Assembly: GCA_965207885.1 (NCBI GenBank)
Contig: OZ242311.1
Span: 160,001 to 224,000, forward strand
DNA length: 64,000 nt
Direction of reading: 5' to 3'
Source: Candidatus Latescibacterota bacterium
Lineage (GTDB): Bacteria > Latescibacterota > UBA2968
Numbering within the stretch: the first letter of the stretch is position 1; every line of letters begins with the position of its first letter. The position numbers and the translations under genes are program-made. The notes beneath the pieces are model-generated. The model saw only the letters and a list, made by a program, of their open reading frames with translations. It was not told the DNA's origin and searched no databases. Positions 60,554-64,000 of the stretch are shown one piece after another.

Positions 60554-60982
60554 GTGAACGCGAGACTGAAACAAGCTGTTATTCATCGTGCTCAGGAATG
60601 CTGTGAATACTGTCAAAGCCAAGCTCGTTTTGCAACCCACCCATTCTCTATTGAGCATATTCATCCACTTAGCCGAGGAGGCGAAGATACGCTCAATAAT
60701 TTGGCTTTGGCTTGCCAGGGATGTAATAACTACAAATACACCAAAGTCGAGGCACTTGATCCCGTCAATGGCCAGCCCGTTCCACTCTTTCATCCAAGAC
60801 AACAACGTTGGATAGATCATTTTAGATGGGCGGACCGCTTCACCCACATTGTCGGAATTACGCCAACAGGTCGTGCAACTGTGGAGGCTTTACAACTGAA
60901 CCGTAGAGGTCTGGTAAACTTGCGCCGAATCCTATTTGCCGCAGGTGTACACCCCCCATCGAATTCTAACCGCAGTGAATAA
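60554..60982 (+). CDS. HNH endonuclease
   Basis: CEYC, IEHIHP, NLALACQGCN, LFHPR, TPTGRATV. Confidence 0.92.
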   Translation: MNARLKQAVIHRAQECCEYCQSQARFATHPFSIEHIHPLSRGGEDTLNNLALACQGCNNYKYTKVEALDPVNGQPVPLFHPRQQRWIDHFRWADRFTHIVGITPTGRATVEALQLNRRGLVNLRRILFAAGVHPPSNSNRSE

Positions 60983-61030
60983 ATCTCCATAACTCCAAAG
61001 ATCTGATTGGCAAACACAAAAACCCTCACA

Positions 61031-61158
61031 TTTGAACTAAAATGAAGAGAGCGAGTCCTTTTTGGCTCGCTCTTTTTTGCTTAAAATGCTTCGTTGTGCT
61101 GCACAGGGCATAATTTAATGCGGTTCGTTGACACCCTTTTGGATTTGGGCTATATTGC
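61031..61158 (+). repeat. Terminator + sigma-70 promoter repeat, copy D
   Basis: Near-identical to copy C; TTGACA(61128)-N17-TATATT(61151). Confidence 0.9.
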
Positions 61159-61211
61159 ACAAAATATCATCCAAAAAAGAAGGATCTTATACATTGACGG
61201 AGACACTTACG

Positions 61212-61565
61212 ATGACACAGGAACAAAATGAGAAAGTCCAAACCATTGTCCGCGAGACCATTGCGGAACGTTTCTCGTCGGACGAGTTCGTGTTCGACCC
61301 CATTGTAGTGGTGCCCATGGTCGATGAATTTGGTTCTGACGCCAGCGGCGAAACGTATCTTCGCATCATTATTGTCTTCGATGGCGATCAGAAGCACCTC
61401 GACTCCAGTTGGACATCCAGTTTTATCAGACGCATTCGCCCGAAGCTGATTGAGGAAGGCATAGAAGAGTTCCCCAGCCCGTCATGGGTTGAGAAATCTG
61501 AGTGGTGGAGTCTGTATCCCAAATGGCGACAACAACACCCAGAGGTAACTATTGAAACCGCTTAA
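61212..61565 (+). CDS. Small alpha/beta protein paired with HEPN gene (antitoxin / nucleotidyltransferase-like)
   Basis: Acidic, LRIIIVFD strand, EFPSPSWVEKSE; overlaps downstream gene; GGAGA RBS. Confidence 0.6.
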   Translation: MTQEQNEKVQTIVRETIAERFSSDEFVFDPIVVVPMVDEFGSDASGETYLRIIIVFDGDQKHLDSSWTSSFIRRIRPKLIEEGIEEFPSPSWVEKSEWWSLYPKWRQQHPEVTIETA

Positions 61566-62028
61566 TTTTATTGCAACAGCCCGGGATTTGGTTCATGCGA
61601 ACAGCAAAGGCAGGACACGAGAGACGAACATCCGCAGGGCTGTCAGCACGACGTACTACGCGCTATTCCACTGTCTCGCAACTTCCAACGCCAATATGCT
61701 CGTTGGCGGTCCCGGCGCCAATCGCAGTCAACCGGCATGGCGTCAAGCATACCGGGCATTGCAACATGGAACAGCGAGGCAACGCTGCGAACACCAAGGT
61801 ATCATCATAAAATTCCCGGACGAAATTCAGGACTTCGCAGAACGATTTGCTGATATGCAAAAAAAACGTCACGAAGCGGATTACGACCCTGATACGACCT
61901 TTTTCAAATCTGATGTCATTCAAGACATCACGGATGCAGAAGATGTTATCCGCTGCTTCAACAGCGTTCCCGCCCGGGACCGGCGTGCCTTTGCAGTTTA
62001 CGTGTTGCTACCTCTCCGAACTGACTAA
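61552..62028 (+). CDS. HEPN-domain protein
   Basis: RRAVSTTYYALFH and KRHEADY (Rx4Y-type) motifs. Confidence 0.75.
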   Translation: MKPLNFIATARDLVHANSKGRTRETNIRRAVSTTYYALFHCLATSNANMLVGGPGANRSQPAWRQAYRALQHGTARQRCEHQGIIIKFPDEIQDFAERFADMQKKRHEADYDPDTTFFKSDVIQDITDAEDVIRCFNSVPARDRRAFAVYVLLPLRTD

Positions 62029-62132
62029 AACCGCTCGTTACGCGGTATGTCCAGATAAATCCTAAATGAGCGTAATCTTCAATATCCAGTAACCTCAACT
62101 TCCGCAACTCAAAAGACTTTGCAATTAAAAAA

Positions 62133-63749
62133 ATGCCCAAAACTAACGAAATCGCCTTCAATGTCCGGTTGTTAGACGTACTACAAACCAAGCACCCGCG
62201 CTGGCGTGACCATGTCGGTGTGGAGCAACGGGATGTCCTCCGTGAGACCGCCCTGCAACCGGATATTGTCATTCGTCCTCCAAGCGGTGTACCAGTCATT
62301 CTCGAGACAGAGTTTATGCCAGCGCGTAGCGTCGAGGCAGACGCTACGGCTCGTTTGGGGAAATTCTTGGAGTACAACGGCGACTTGATAGAGCAGACTA
62401 TAGCTGTCCAGGTCCCACAAGAACTGAGCCGTGCGCCACAGGGAGACTTAGAGCGGCAAATCAAGGCCTCCGAGTTCCGCTATTGTACCTTTTCACTGCA
62501 AGAAAAAGATACCGTCGTGCGCTGGCCATCTGAGGGTTGGCTCACCGGCAGTATTGATGATCTTGCTGCCTGCATTGAAAATGTCTCGCTATCTGAACGT
62601 CTGCTTGCCGAAGGAACGCAAATTCTGGAGCAGAGCATAGGCGAGGCCGCTGGCAAACTGCGCGAAACAGCCAGCATACAAGTGCTGGAGAAAATGGCGC
62701 AGTCCCTCCATCAAGAGGATGGCGAGCAAACCTCGCGTATGGCCATGGCCATTGTCGCCAACGCCCTTGTCTTCCACACCGCTATTGTTGACGCACACGG
62801 TATCCCAACCATTGACGAATTGCGTATTCCAGGCCGCAATGATGTCAGCAAAAGCCGTTTGCTCGAATGTTGGCAGCATATTCTCGACAACATCAATTAC
62901 TATCCCATCTTCCGCATTGCCTCCGACCTGCTCCTGCCTATCGCTGACAGCACCGCAAACGCGGTTCTCAATCGTCTCGCTCAGGCAGCCGGTGATTTAG
63001 CTGGCTTAGGAGCTACCACCTTGCATGACCTCTCTGGACGCATGTTCCAAAGGCTTATTGCTGACCGGAAGTTTCTCGCCACGTTCTACACACTACCAAC
63101 ATCTGCTGCCCTGCTCGGTGAGTTAGCCGTATCACGCCTCGACGCGGTAACGGATTGTTCCAACCCCGATGCCCTCACCCGTCTCCAAATCGCCGACCTT
63201 GCCTGCGGAACTGGAACTCTGCTCTCGGCGGCGTACCGCGCCCTGGCCTCGCGCCATCGGCGAACTGGCGGTGCCGATCAAGTGCTACACACTCAGATGA
63301 TGGAACGCGCCCTCATCGCTGCCGACATCATGCCAGCCGCAACGCATCTAACCGCGTCCATGCTGTCAAGCACTCATCCGGGCACGATCTTTGGCAACAC
63401 TCGTGTCCACACCCTGCCCTATGGACAGCAAAGCCAGGAAAAGCGGCACGCCATGGCCCTGGGTGCTCTCGACCTCATTGAGGATGACACCGCGCCATCG
63501 CTGTTTGGGACTGGTATTCATGTAGCGCGAGGTACGGGCGCGGATGTGGAAGCAGAGGGAAGCCAGGACATGATCCTCCCCCCTGAAACGGCCGATCTTG
63601 TAATTATGAATCCCCCCTTCACACGACCTACCAACCACGAAAAGGCCGAGGTACCAGTGCCATCATTTGCCGGGTTGGGCACAAGCAAAGAAGAACAGCA
63701 GGCCATGTCCAAGATGAGTGGATCACAGGCAGACGCTATCTGGACATGA
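62133..63749 (+). CDS. Type IIG-like restriction-modification fusion (N6-adenine MTase), probably C-terminally truncated
   Basis: N-terminal PD..ETE nuclease-like motif, ATFYT, ADLACGTG (motif I), IMNPPF (motif IV); ends about 40 aa after NPPF. Confidence 0.75.
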   Translation: MPKTNEIAFNVRLLDVLQTKHPRWRDHVGVEQRDVLRETALQPDIVIRPPSGVPVILETEFMPARSVEADATARLGKFLEYNGDLIEQTIAVQVPQELSRAPQGDLERQIKASEFRYCTFSLQEKDTVVRWPSEGWLTGSIDDLAACIENVSLSERLLAEGTQILEQSIGEAAGKLRETASIQVLEKMAQSLHQEDGEQTSRMAMAIVANALVFHTAIVDAHGIPTIDELRIPGRNDVSKSRLLECWQHILDNINYYPIFRIASDLLLPIADSTANAVLNRLAQAAGDLAGLGATTLHDLSGRMFQRLIADRKFLATFYTLPTSAALLGELAVSRLDAVTDCSNPDALTRLQIADLACGTGTLLSAAYRALASRHRRTGGADQVLHTQMMERALIAADIMPAATHLTASMLSSTHPGTIFGNTRVHTLPYGQQSQEKRHAMALGALDLIEDDTAPSLFGTGIHVARGTGADVEAEGSQDMILPPETADLVIMNPPFTRPTNHEKAEVPVPSFAGLGTSKEEQQAMSKMSGSQADAIWT

Positions 63750-63821
63750 CGGATTGGATATAAACGCTCTGACCCCTATTTCACGGAGCTATAATTTTAC
63801 AGAACTTTTTGGACTTGACCT

Positions 63822-63897
63822 AAAAAATTTCTATTATTTTATGCCCATTGTCGAGGATTTTTTTTCACACAATTCACACATTTGAGATTACACGATG
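63822..63897. repeat. Divergent regulatory repeat, copy 3 (inverted, partial)
   Basis: AATTTCTAT...TTGTCGAGGATTTTTTTTCACACAATTCACACA.TTGAG is the reverse complement of 25365-25430. Confidence 0.8.
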
Positions 63898-63919
63898 AGT
63901 TAGCATAAGGTCCCGCACT

Positions 63920-64000
63920 TTTGAACTAAAATGAAAAGAGCGAATCCTTTTGGGCTCGCTCTTTTTTTGCTAAAATGCTTCATTGTGCTGCGCGGGGCGA
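63920..64000 (+). repeat. Terminator + promoter repeat, copy E (cut by window edge)
   Basis: TTTGAACTAAAATGAAAAGAGCGA...GGCTCGCTCTTTTTTTGCTAAAATGCTTC.TTGTGCTGC. Confidence 0.85.

Noticed and set aside
61128-61211. Longer TTG-start version of the 61212-61565 gene
   Set aside because: The TTG is the -35 box of the repeat promoter; the RBS supports ATG 61212.
60003-64000. Integron attC array or CRISPR array
   Set aside because: No integron integrase or cas genes in the window; repeats lack recognisable RYYYAAC/GTTRRRY ends and are separated by kb-size genes.

Overview
Bacterial chromosomal window. The dockerin/EF-hand remnant, DUF6785-type transporter and GWxTD protein suggest a Latescibacterota/Gemmatimonadota-like host (inference only). 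1-22.9 kb is mostly core genes: enolase-superfamily dehydratase, RIO1 kinase, methyltransferase, cytochrome c-PQQ sugar dehydrogenase, and a complete H+-type F0F1 ATP synthase operon. These are interrupted by small toxin-antitoxin-type genes and a minus-strand cyclic-nucleotide module (class III cyclase-ATPase-TPR, SulP-STAS-cNMP transporter, MBL hydrolase). From about 22.9 kb to the end is a mosaic accessory island built from internal duplications and deletions. It holds two paralogous sigma-54 activators with swapped DNA-binding domains, a FixL-like heme-PAS kinase plus an in-frame-deleted relic of it, and three copies of an enhancer + sigma-54 promoter cassette. It also carries UDP-hexosamine/uronate genes and glycosyltransferases. 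A candidate peptide-maturation locus comprises TlpA, a beta-propeller, a dead-peptidase/CxC/tetraheme cytochrome fusion, a 6-Cys secreted peptide, an RRE-like GT-A enzyme and an ABC permease. The right end is an array of HNH, HEPN and restriction-modification cassettes separated by a repeated terminator + sigma-70 promoter element. No rRNA, tRNA, CRISPR array, integrase or transposase was recognised.
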